Shown: positions 54,477 through 62,357, numbered from the stretch's first letter. The stretch: 64,000 nt of DNA from a virus (IMGVR_UViG_3300030104_005071:1343-65342), one strand, 5' to 3'. Numbers and translations: made by a program. The notes: generated by a model not told the origin, from the sequence alone.

Positions 54477-54848
54477 CTAACCAGATGACTTTAAGTCCAT
54501 CCACTTGACCAGTCCTCGGACGTGATCGGGTGTCATGTATTGAAAGACAGCGAATGCCCACAGCACATCGAAGTCAAACTCCAGATCAAACTTGTCTGTA
54601 AATAACGAATGGATTGCTTTGCATCGTTCGTGGCTCGGTACTGATTTACCTTTCAACCAACGACCGATCTCCACACCAGACGCGTGAACCCGATCGTGGT
54701 CTGATAAGAATTCATTCAACATGCGAGAAAACTCACGGTTCGACACAATCCGATCCTCATCCACAAAAGCTTTGCGTCTTGCCTGGAAAAGTAAATTCTC
54801 AAATGCAAATGCGAATGGATAGTCGTCACGGTTTAGATCTTGAGTCAT
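54477..54848 (-). CDS. HTH DNA-binding protein
   Basis: SNREFSRML...SGVEIGRWLKGKSVPS. Confidence 0.6.
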   Translation of the reverse strand: MTQDLNRDDYPFAFAFENLLFQARRKAFVDEDRIVSNREFSRMLNEFLSDHDRVHASGVEIGRWLKGKSVPSHERCKAIHSLFTDKFDLEFDFDVLWAFAVFQYMTPDHVRGLVKWMDLKSSG

Positions 54849-55051
54849 TATTCACCTTCCCTTAGAATACGGAGACGACGCTTGGCTGCACGCTCAGCGC
54901 CATGTTTTGAGGTGTACGTGTTCTTGTACAGTATCTTGATTGCCGGGGCAGAAAGCCCGACATCATGATCCTCGTAGACTATGAGTGACCAGCATTTGTG
55001 TACGCCGTCACGCGGAGCACCATCGATCATTGTAATGAAGTAGTCGTACAT
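54848..55051 (-). CDS. Hypothetical protein
   Basis: 67 aa, TAATG-coupled. Confidence 0.6.
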   Translation of the reverse strand: MYDYFITMIDGAPRDGVHKCWSLIVYEDHDVGLSAPAIKILYKNTYTSKHGAERAAKRRLRILREGE

Positions 55052-55290
55052 TACTGACCCCCCAACGCAATGACCTGGGCTTTGACGATCGCCGCTGTCA
55101 CATCATCGTCTGCTGCCAACTCTTCACAAGCATCACACTCACCGCCCCAGTCACCGCCAACGATGTTGTCACAGTCTTCGTTGATACAAACTACGCACGC
55201 ACATTCGTCGCTGCCACTAAGGTGGTATCTCTGATCACATTCACTACACGTCCTATACCCGACGTTCCAGGCCATTCGGTCCCAGTCCAT
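55051..55290 (-). CDS. Small Cys-rich protein
   Basis: Multiple CxxC-like pairs; SD AGGAG. Confidence 0.6.
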   Translation of the reverse strand: MDWDRMAWNVGYRTCSECDQRYHLSGSDECACVVCINEDCDNIVGGDWGGECDACEELAADDDVTAAIVKAQVIALGGQ

Positions 55291-55336
55291 ATTCTCTCCT
55301 GTTGTTTAAAGATGTGTGTCACTGCGACACTCTATG

Positions 55337-55365
55337 TTTTTACCGCAAATTGAATGTCGCGTCAA
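55337..55365 (-). promoter_or_regulatory. Early promoter TTGACG-N12-TGCGG-TAAAAA
   Basis: Shares TGCGG before the -10 with promoters at 55550 and 61364. Confidence 0.55.
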
Positions 55366-55444
55366 GGAATAATTCGACACTACCTGTAGTGTATGATGTC
55401 GTTGGAGCACCTACAGAGTCGCGTAATCTATTTGAGAATCGCAA

Positions 55445-55518
55445 TAAAAAGCACCCGACCAGTGGAGAGGTACTGATCGGGCGCAAGTTTTTGTTCGGAC
55501 TGACCTCGGCGGTCGATC
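55445..55518 (-). ncRNA. Candidate small RNA (~75 nt) with anti-SD terminator loop
   Basis: Own promoter, no ORF, 13-bp hairpin with two G-U pairs only in the minus orientation, loop ACCTCTCC, U-run. Confidence 0.55.
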
Positions 55519-55520
55519 AA

Positions 55521-55550
55521 AGTTTAACCGCACTACATGTAGTGTGTCAA
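55521..55550 (-). promoter_or_regulatory. Promoter TTGACA-N12-TGCGG-TTAAAC containing the palindrome CACTACATGTAGTG
   Basis: Direct reading of the reverse complement. Confidence 0.6.
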
Positions 55551-55639
55551 ACCTTGGCGTCCACTACCAAAAATCCCTGCTCCCATGCAGATGTTTGTGG
55601 CGGCTCGAGTGGTCGACATAGGTGTGCCCCGAAGGATAT

Positions 55640-55666
55640 CAAAGGAAGCGGGGCCGAAGCCCCTTT
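55640..55666 (-). terminator. Hairpin GGGGC-TTCG-GCCCC after ORF 55669
   Basis: UUCG tetraloop, weak U-tract. Confidence 0.45.
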
Positions 55667-55668
55667 GG

Positions 55669-55893
55669 TTATGGTGTTGTTGGATCTACCTCCATGATGA
55701 TTTCCCCGTTGTGCATCAAGGCTTCGTGAGCAGTTGTGGTTTCGCCCTGTATTAGTTCGGTGAAGCGCCATTGTTTGGCTGTGGTGGGTGCACCGGCAAC
55801 TTCGAGGATTTCATTTGTGGACCACTCACGAGGATCGAAGTTTTGATCTTCGTCAGTGAGGTGTACGGTTAGTTGGATTGCCCAGGTTTTCAT
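55669..55893 (-). CDS. Hypothetical protein
   Basis: 74 aa from ATG 55893. Confidence 0.5.
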   Translation of the reverse strand: MKTWAIQLTVHLTDEDQNFDPREWSTNEILEVAGAPTTAKQWRFTELIQGETTTAHEALMHNGEIIMEVDPTTP

Positions 55894-55906
55894 AGTGTTT
55901 CCGTTG

Positions 55907-55987
55907 TTATTGAACGATGTAGGCACAGCCGTGCCAGAATAGAACGAACCAGACAAAGGCAGTTGCAAAGTCATACATGTCGTACAT
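55907..55987 (-). CDS. 26-aa hydrophobic micro-protein (not in ORF track)
   Basis: MYDMYDFATAFVWFVLFWHGCAYIVQ; TGATG-coupled; fills the gap. Confidence 0.5.
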   Translation of the reverse strand: MYDMYDFATAFVWFVLFWHGCAYIVQ

Positions 55988-56133
55988 CAGAATGGAACCT
56001 CGTTGTAGTTGGTTTTGGTGATCCATGTTTCTGACGCAAGGAAGAAGCCTGGTCCGGCCTCGTCGTCGGATAGCATTTGGGGGATGACCCGTAGTAGTTC
56101 GTTGAGTTCAGCTAATGTTATAGGTACTGTCAT
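55987..56133 (-). CDS. Small hypothetical protein
   Basis: 48 aa, TAATG-coupled, ends EVPF. Confidence 0.5.
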   Translation of the reverse strand: MTVPITLAELNELLRVIPQMLSDDEAGPGFFLASETWITKTNYNEVPF

Positions 56134-56828
56134 TAATGTTGTAAGAATCCGATTATCGGAACCCCCTCGTGTGTTGTTGCATCGCAGAGACCGCACGTAT
56201 TGCAGTCACGGCGTCCGACCTGGGCTGGGCATAATACAACTTTGCGCCCTTCGGGCGTTGTGTATTGTTCGCCGGACCATTCAGGCAGGTTTCGCAGTTG
56301 TGGTTTGTTTGCGCCTGGAGCTTTGCGGTCTGTGATGGTGACGGCTACGCGCCATCCGGCATCGACTGCGGTGTCGGCTTCGGCGAGGTTGTCGCATGAC
56401 GCCATTGCGAGGCCACGTAGGTGTCGGCCTTTGGTTGCGAAGAAGTGCGTGTAAGCTAAGACGCCCTTTAATCCAGAGGCTTTGGCTTTGTGGTGCCACA
56501 AGGCGACCGTGTTCCTGTCAAATACGTTGGGGTCACCGCCCACTGCTGCACGTATGTAACGGGCTGCACGACGCGCGTTGGCTAAAGCGTAGTCGAGCGT
56601 GTACTCGTCGGGGTGCCGACGCTCCCGTACACGCATTGACTGATGGGCACCCTGCGTTTGGCCCTGCCAATAGTAACAACCACCTCCCTTCCCAGTCTCT
56701 GGATCTTTACGACGCCACTTGCACCCAGTGCACGACGCTTCAGTTTGTTCTTTGGTTTCGCCAACATACCCTTGTGGTATATTGCCTGTTTTTGCATTGC
56801 CCGATGTGGGCCGCCATAACATTTTCAT
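56133..56828 (-). CDS. Cys-rich Fe-S/radical-SAM-like phage protein (gp88/DUF7227-like)
   Basis: SGNAKTG, SCTGC...CY, R...GD, YTH, ASCD, CPAQ...CNTCGLC...F.H. Confidence 0.6.
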   Translation of the reverse strand: MKMLWRPTSGNAKTGNIPQGYVGETKEQTEASCTGCKWRRKDPETGKGGGCYYWQGQTQGAHQSMRVRERRHPDEYTLDYALANARRAARYIRAAVGGDPNVFDRNTVALWHHKAKASGLKGVLAYTHFFATKGRHLRGLAMASCDNLAEADTAVDAGWRVAVTITDRKAPGANKPQLRNLPEWSGEQYTTPEGRKVVLCPAQVGRRDCNTCGLCDATTHEGVPIIGFLQH

Positions 56829-56832
56829 TGTA

Positions 56833-57219
56833 CTACCCGGAGCAGATGTCGTGGTAACGAACGCGTGGTTGAGCGGATTTTGTTTTGTCGCAGTACTCGA
56901 TTTCAAACAAAGCGTAATCGGATTCACGGACAGGTATTTGGGTTGACGCGTCGACGAACGTGCTGTGTTTGTATGGGTTGTATGTCACTCGGGCGGTACT
57001 TAAGCGATTGACGTCGAGATCGACGTGACGCAACTGGTAACCACGGGCAAAGGCGTGTACGTTTTTGCGTTTGTCGCGTCGAACCCGAGCCTGACCGCCT
57101 GGTTGCACGACCCATTTGACATTTTCCAATGCGAAACAGTCGACGTGATCAACCACTTTGCCGTTGTGGCGTACGCTGAAAAGTTTGCGCGTGAGGTTCC
57201 AATAGATTTCTACTTTCAT
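56833..57219 (-). CDS. Conserved phage hypothetical protein
   Basis: YWNL...FSVR...GQARVRRDKRKNVHAF..G...VTYNPY. Confidence 0.65.
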   Translation of the reverse strand: MKVEIYWNLTRKLFSVRHNGKVVDHVDCFALENVKWVVQPGGQARVRRDKRKNVHAFARGYQLRHVDLDVNRLSTARVTYNPYKHSTFVDASTQIPVRESDYALFEIEYCDKTKSAQPRVRYHDICSG

Positions 57220-57377
57220 TTTATGTCTCTGAGGCAGTTGAGCCAGTGGTCGTGTTTGGTTGTGATGAGGTAGGTCCACAGTACGTCGACCTCGTGTTGC
57301 AGGTTGTCGCAGTCGTCGTCGATCAGTTCGTCGATGACCTCAACCTGGTCCAGAATTTTAGATAGGATTTGTTCCAT
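57216..57377 (-). CDS. Small hypothetical protein (not in ORF track)
   Basis: MEQILSKILDQ...; coupled on both sides. Confidence 0.5.
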   Translation of the reverse strand: MEQILSKILDQVEVIDELIDDDCDNLQHEVDVLWTYLITTKHDHWLNCLRDIK

Positions 57378-57532
57378 CACTTACTTCCATCGTCATTGAA
57401 TTCTTCTGTTTTTAGAAGTGCGGCTCGTAGAAGATTCCAATCGATATCATTCATGGTTCCTCCGTCTTCGGATGCAATTAGTACGTGCTCGATTACAGAA
57501 CGTAGGTATAAAATAGTTTGTGGTGGTGTCAT
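57377..57532 (-). CDS. Small hypothetical protein (not in ORF track)
   Basis: MTPPQTILYLRS...; TAATG and TGATG coupling. Confidence 0.5.
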   Translation of the reverse strand: MTPPQTILYLRSVIEHVLIASEDGGTMNDIDWNLLRAALLKTEEFNDDGSK

Positions 57533-57768
57533 TATTGATCTCTTTTGGTATTGATTAGGGCGGACACGTCGTCGTATGTCGGGCGTCCTCGACCGTTAGT
57601 GTGCCAAGGATCACCGAGATTTAAACAGGCTCCGTGTTCATCGAAGATATCGAAGAACGAATCAGGGTCATCGGCTAACTCTTTGCCTTGCCAAGACAGA
57701 GTTACAAAGTAGTACTGACCGTTGATTATGTATCGGGCGATAGTTTCAGTATGACAGTTTCCCATCAC
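57532..57768 (-). CDS. Hypothetical protein
   Basis: FFDIFDEHGACLNLGDPW; SD GGAGG. Confidence 0.6.
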   Translation of the reverse strand: MMGNCHTETIARYIINGQYYFVTLSWQGKELADDPDSFFDIFDEHGACLNLGDPWHTNGRGRPTYDDVSALINTKRDQ

Positions 57769-58148
57769 TCACCTCCCTTGGTTGGTATGATTACAGTGGA
57801 AACCCATTGGCCGTTAAGAGGTAGACCCACAATTGATTTCATGTCCACGGTCCATACATCGGCACAATCTTTGGAGCACCATCCGTCCGCGTTCGACCAG
57901 AAAAGGTATGCTTTACCAGAGTCGTCGAACTCATCGAGATGGCTACCACTGAGCATTCGTTTGTGACGAATCATCCAACGCTTGACCGGTGTGGCTCGAT
58001 GCGACTGGCACCCTGCACCTTCAATGCAGTACCACTCTCCATAGCCAGTACCACAACGGCGCATAGCTTCTACCATTACGTATCTGTCACCTTCTCTTCC
58101 GCAGTTTGCACATTGAAATTTGTCGTTCATATTAAACAAATTAGACAT
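57765..58148 (-). CDS. Hypothetical protein
   Basis: CANC; LFWSNADGW motif. Confidence 0.6.
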   Translation of the reverse strand: MSNLFNMNDKFQCANCGREGDRYVMVEAMRRCGTGYGEWYCIEGAGCQSHRATPVKRWMIRHKRMLSGSHLDEFDDSGKAYLFWSNADGWCSKDCADVWTVDMKSIVGLPLNGQWVSTVIIPTKGGE

Positions 58149-58384
58149 TATTTACCGTCCTTACATTCGTGGGGAGCATCGATGTGGTGTGACTCGTCGC
58201 AGTGTACGCATGTGGCCTGATCATCATTGCGGAACATGTTTAAGACACCATGCGCGTTACACATTACGCGGTTCAATGAGCCATCATCGTCGCCATCGTA
58301 TAGGTTTGGGTCGGATTCAAGGTAGTTGACCAGGAGTTGTAGAGCGTCGTACGCGCGTTGCAATTTGTAGATGTTGGTTTTCAT
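58148..58384 (-). CDS. Hypothetical protein
   Basis: 78 aa from ATG 58384, C-terminal CVHC. Confidence 0.5.
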   Translation of the reverse strand: MKTNIYKLQRAYDALQLLVNYLESDPNLYDGDDDGSLNRVMCNAHGVLNMFRNDDQATCVHCDESHHIDAPHECKDGK

Positions 58385-58395
58385 TATGCTGTCCG

Positions 58396-58767
58396 CTATT
58401 GATTGGGATCGGGGTTGAAACATGGCTCGGGTTTGCCGTAGCCATGCCAGTCGAGCACACGATCCCGCCAGTTTTTTGAGTACTCGGTGGTGGGTGCGTC
58501 GACCTGGGCCAGTAGTGATAGTGGGCACTCATGGTGACATGGGCCCATTGATTCATCGATCGGTTTATATCCCCAGTCACCACCGTAAGATGACAGTTTG
58601 AACAGGCAGATAAACGATGGGCCTTGCTGGGGTTGAATGGCAAACCACAGGTGACGCCCATAGTTAGTGGCTTTACGGTCGATGAGCGTAAAACCGCCTG
58701 TGCTGTATTGGTTGACGAGGTCGTCGACTACGTCCTGGCGGCTGTAGTATCCAGAGAATGTACCCAT
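58396..58767 (-). CDS. DUF6927-like protein
   Basis: WGYKPIDESMGP...CPLSLL...WRDRV. Confidence 0.65.
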   Translation of the reverse strand: MGTFSGYYSRQDVVDDLVNQYSTGGFTLIDRKATNYGRHLWFAIQPQQGPSFICLFKLSSYGGDWGYKPIDESMGPCHHECPLSLLAQVDAPTTEYSKNWRDRVLDWHGYGKPEPCFNPDPNQ

Positions 58768-58913
58768 TGTGTGCTCCTGTTGGTTAAAGAAGGGGCGGTG
58801 CAGGTCGTCGTGCTGTGCGTAAGCGATTCACGTGGAACCCAAACGGCTCATGCATCCTGATTTGCTAACGGTGCCGCCACACCGTGGGGTTTTGATCAGT
58901 TCCCAATACTGAA

Positions 58914-59828
58914 TTACTTGGCTTCGCCGACGTCAATGTATTCGCGTACTTCCAGATTGAATTCAGGAATGTATGCGTCTTGGGCTGAGCCACCGGAGAT
59001 GGCGATTGCCTTGGTGGCGTGATCAATTCCAGCGTAATGCTTGAATCGATTGATCGGTGCGGTGCGCTGACCGGTAGCCGTGACTGCTTGGTAAGCGGAG
59101 AACAAGTTGTTTCCGCCGTGGTCGTCATGTAGCTCGCCGTTATGGCACGCGTCCCAATACTTGAGACCAGCGGACATCTCGTTGATCTTCAGAAGACGAC
59201 GACCAGTTAGGACGCCGAGGTAAGCGAAGAACAAATCGTTGGTCATTGGAATGTCGCGCCATTCCTCGATCATGCGTACGCGTTCAAGCACTGGGGTAAT
59301 TGAATCGTTAGTCAATTCGTCTAACATGCGACCGAGTGTCGGGAACACATTGGTTGTGTGCTTTGCGCTGATCATGTGATCGGCAGAGAAACAACCGTTC
59401 GCGCAGATGAACGGTGCATGCCCGATGCCTGCCTGGTTGGATATGCTCTTGTCATAGCTGGAACGAAGTGCCAGTGTGAGAGCAAGTCCAGGTATCTCGG
59501 ATTCGAATCCGATCATACCGAATAGCTGTGTGCCGGATTTGTTGAGGGCGTATGTCTCGAACGATGGATCACGGTCGAGCACGGTAGCCATTGAGTCACG
59601 AGCGCCATCGATGAACGATGCGTAAGGTACGGGTTGGTACGATACGTTGCCCGAGCTTTCACGGTACGTAGTATCGGGAACTTCGATCTGACATACATCA
59701 TCGTATGTTGCACGGTATGCGTCAGGTGCGCCGATCAAACAGATCTGCTTGGATTTGATTTCAGGTGGTGGAGCTACCCGAGCACGGGCGAGCGAGGTGT
59801 TAAGACGTTCGATTGATTGAGGTTGCAT
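58914..59828 (-). CDS. DUF932-like protein
   Basis: YQPVPY, LRSSYDKS, ICANG, KHT, NLFSAYQAVT. Confidence 0.65.
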   Translation of the reverse strand: MQPQSIERLNTSLARARVAPPPEIKSKQICLIGAPDAYRATYDDVCQIEVPDTTYRESSGNVSYQPVPYASFIDGARDSMATVLDRDPSFETYALNKSGTQLFGMIGFESEIPGLALTLALRSSYDKSISNQAGIGHAPFICANGCFSADHMISAKHTTNVFPTLGRMLDELTNDSITPVLERVRMIEEWRDIPMTNDLFFAYLGVLTGRRLLKINEMSAGLKYWDACHNGELHDDHGGNNLFSAYQAVTATGQRTAPINRFKHYAGIDHATKAIAISGGSAQDAYIPEFNLEVREYIDVGEAK

Positions 59829-60100
59829 TAGTCTCTCCTGGGTGGTGGGGATGATGACGGTTGATTGACATCGAAGTTGATTGAGAATGGATTGTGTGGT
59901 TGCTGTTCGGCAGCGTCTTGGATGACCATGCGAATCACGGACATCAAGCCGTCCAGGCGAAGCTGCTCTTCTTCGGAACAGTTTAGATATTCGGCCTGGT
60001 TTTTAGCGTGGGGATTGAGGTTGCATATTGCTCGGGCCCGTGCGGTGTCTGCAACTGCACGGCGATATGCTTCGAGGTTGTCATTGATCATGTGAAACAT
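59828..60100 (-). CDS. Hypothetical protein
   Basis: About 90 aa, helical. Confidence 0.5.
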   Translation of the reverse strand: MFHMINDNLEAYRRAVADTARARAICNLNPHAKNQAEYLNCSEEEQLRLDGLMSVIRMVIQDAAEQQPHNPFSINFDVNQPSSSPPPRRD

Positions 60101-60419
60101 GGTGAGCCCTTTCGATGTGGATGAATATGTCTTCAATCGTACAAAGGTTATTGTCGATTGCTTGTTGGAGGATTTCGCGATGACTTAATGTTTCGTCGTA
60201 GGTAGCGAATTCCCGGATATCAAATTGATGTACCGAGGTGGGGTCGCCCCATGAATCGAGACCGTCGTAGTTTAGGGTGTACCAATAAGTCAGACGGTTG
60301 TCTGACTCATGGTTTTTGTAGCAGTGGTACACGCGGATCGTTTGGTGAATGGGTGTTGGACCAATCTTGTAGCAGACGAATGCTAACTCTGGGTTGATCC
60401 ATTCCGTACGCCAAGGCAT
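60081..60419 (-). CDS. Hypothetical protein
   Basis: VYHCYK...YWY...FDIRE. Confidence 0.6.
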   Translation of the reverse strand: MPWRTEWINPELAFVCYKIGPTPIHQTIRVYHCYKNHESDNRLTYWYTLNYDGLDSWGDPTSVHQFDIREFATYDETLSHREILQQAIDNNLCTIEDIFIHIERAHHVSHDQ

Positions 60420-60643
60420 TAGCTGGGCTCTTCATCGCGGGTTGCAAGAACCTCACGACTTTCTTTGATGAGCCACTTGAGTTCATCGTGAGTGAGGCTG
60501 ATGAGCCAAGGCACATCGACAGTTATTTGAGCTTCGCAATCGAAGTCCTGGACTTCGCATGAGACGTACTCGTCTTGTACTGTGATGTCGACATTGGCTG
60601 CATCGACGTAGACTTCTTGTGTCCATTGTATCTGAGTGATCAT
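60419..60643 (-). CDS. Small acidic hypothetical protein
   Basis: 74 aa, SD AGGA. Confidence 0.55.
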   Translation of the reverse strand: MITQIQWTQEVYVDAANVDITVQDEYVSCEVQDFDCEAQITVDVPWLISLTHDELKWLIKESREVLATRDEEPS

Positions 60644-60652
60644 GATTAAATC

Positions 60653-60859
60653 CTAATGTGCGCGGAAGTTGTAATAGAATCGAGGCGAGTGATTGAAATC
60701 GAGCGTCCCGCGCTGACCATCTGATCGACGCGTGACGATAACGAGTGGTGCCAAGAAGCTTTCAACAGAGAAGTCACGTTGAAGTTCGGTGGTGTTCCAT
60801 ACATCACCATGAATGTCTGTTAGCTTTTGGCGTTCGGTTGCTTTGTCGAGAAGCATCAT
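60653..60859 (-). CDS. Conserved small hypothetical protein
   Basis: VWNTTELQRDF.V..F.AP.V.V.R.SDG..G.L.F.HSPR.Y. Confidence 0.65.
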   Translation of the reverse strand: MMLLDKATERQKLTDIHGDVWNTTELQRDFSVESFLAPLVIVTRRSDGQRGTLDFNHSPRFYYNFRAH

Positions 60860-61305
60860 TCACCTCCTGTTACGAGCCTGAGACCTTTCTCAGTTTCGAG
60901 GTTGTCGTAGACATCGATGTCCTCAAGAGTGACGAGGCCGTCAAATTTGGTACTGCCTGAACGTGCAATCTCACGGTAGGGCATGATGTCATTGAGCCGT
61001 TGTTCGAATTTAGACTGGCCGTTCTTGACCTCGAATCGACCTTTACGAATGTCGTCCAGGTCGGTGAGCAACCGGTCATACGTGACATCGTTGATGCGGT
61101 CGAGTAGATATCGAACGATGTGAGCAGAGCCTCCATCGTTACGACGATTGCTGACGCCGGGTTCACCTTTCTTGAGTTGTCCCTCAATGGTGACGGTCAT
61201 CTTGATTGGGTATGTACCCGCGTCAAGATCGTTGGTAAGTGCGTCAGCGTTCTTACCGTTGTTGAATTTACGAAGGGTTTCTAAGTACATTGCTGGAACC
61301 TGCAT
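60856..61305 (-). CDS. Hypothetical protein
   Basis: 149 aa, strong leader CTTTAAACAACAGGAG. Confidence 0.65.
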   Translation of the reverse strand: MQVPAMYLETLRKFNNGKNADALTNDLDAGTYPIKMTVTIEGQLKKGEPGVSNRRNDGGSAHIVRYLLDRINDVTYDRLLTDLDDIRKGRFEVKNGQSKFEQRLNDIMPYREIARSGSTKFDGLVTLEDIDVYDNLETEKGLRLVTGGE

Positions 61306-61335
61306 GGTTTCTCCTGTTGTTTAAAGTACTGGGTT

Positions 61336-61364
61336 AGTATACCGCAGTGGTATAATGATGTAAA
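61336..61364 (-). promoter_or_regulatory. Early promoter TTTACA-N12-TGCGG-TATACT
   Basis: Direct reading of the reverse complement. Confidence 0.6.
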
Positions 61365-61377
61365 GAGTAATTTGAGA

Positions 61378-61716
61378 TTACCACCAAGATGTGTAGTAAA
61401 TCTTTTTGTTGGAGTCGAGAGCTTTGCGAGCGACGTGTATGAAGTCCCAAGTGTCGACCATTTGTTGTTCGGTTGTGTGTCCGAAAAAGAATCCAGTTGT
61501 TTCTGGAAGACCTTCAAGTTTTACTGCGGTTTCCAAAGTGTTGATGTCATCTTCGGAAAGATATAAACGTTCGCAGTTAAATTCGGCTGTGTTTCCTCGT
61601 GCATAGAATAGTGCGGCCATGAAGCCTTCGAGGTTGGCGTGTTTACGGAAGTAGTAAAGTTCTGTGTCTTCCTGGTCGGGTGGTTCTTCAGCGAATAGAT
61701 ATTGATCAAGTCCCAT
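61378..61716 (-). CDS. Conserved phage hypothetical protein (MGLD...RK family)
   Basis: MGLDQY...YFRKH..L.G...FNC...LPETTGFFFG...YTSWW. Confidence 0.7.
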   Translation of the reverse strand: MGLDQYLFAEEPPDQEDTELYYFRKHANLEGFMAALFYARGNTAEFNCERLYLSEDDINTLETAVKLEGLPETTGFFFGHTTEQQMVDTWDFIHVARKALDSNKKIYYTSWW

Positions 61717-61761
61717 TGGTATCTCCTATTGGGTGTGTGGTTGATAGGTCCGATATGAGGA

Positions 61762-61923
61762 TCAGATTAAGTAGACGTCGAGCAAGTGACCCCACTGATC
61801 GCCGACTTGCTTTTGTACAAGGTGCACTGCAACCGCTGCATTCTCTGCGTCGATCTCTTTGTACCGTGGACGGCCTTCTTCGACGGTTGCATAAATGACG
61901 TGGTATTTTCTCGCTGGTGCCAT
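61762..61923 (-). CDS. Small hypothetical protein
   Basis: 53 aa, SD GGAG before ATG 61923. Confidence 0.55.
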   Translation of the reverse strand: MAPARKYHVIYATVEEGRPRYKEIDAENAAVAVHLVQKQVGDQWGHLLDVYLI

Positions 61924-62004
61924 GTTGTCTCCAAGGATGACTGCGCAACACACACCTCATAAGCATCACGGGACGCTGATAGTATCTGTGTCGTTGGGGT
62001 TGGC

Positions 62005-62357
62005 TGTAACGTTACGACCTGGTGTTACGCGAGAACGCAGGTTGTACCGTGTGTATAGAGTTTAGAGTTGGTTAGCGTAACACTCTGTAACGCTTGGTGT
62101 GTTACGCTATATGGTAGGTTGAACCAACTGAATGACCAGGTGTAACACTGTAACACCGATTTGGTGGATAGCATATACATATAGGATTGTGATGTGTGTC
62201 AATGGGTAATTGAATTACTCACTTAACAACTTTACTCACGCGCTACGTATATGTAGTAGAAAAAGAGTGTTACAGTGTTACACTTTAATATAGTATAGAT
62301 AGAACCTATGATATGCCGTAACACTGGGAGTGTTACACTGTGTTACAGAGTGTTACA
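62005..62357. repeat. Iteron-like array of (T/C)GTAACAC / GTGTTAC(A/G) octamers around an AT-rich core; putative replication origin or packaging site
   Basis: About 14 copies; TGTAACACTGTAACAC (62141-62156) inverted against GTGTTACAGTGTTACA (62267-62282); three copies at 10-bp spacing (62330, 62340, 62350). Confidence 0.75.

Noticed and set aside
55302-55697. 131-aa plus-strand ORF over the regulatory region
   Set aside because: No SD, runs against local gene direction, and overlaps promoters, palindromes and terminators.
61378-61716. Phosphoglycerate kinase label sometimes attached to this family
   Set aside because: 112 aa with no PGK motifs.
62005-62357. CRISPR mini-array (a Cas4-like gene is present)
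   Set aside because: Repeats are 8 bp, in both orientations and irregularly spaced; no 25-40 bp repeat/spacer pattern.
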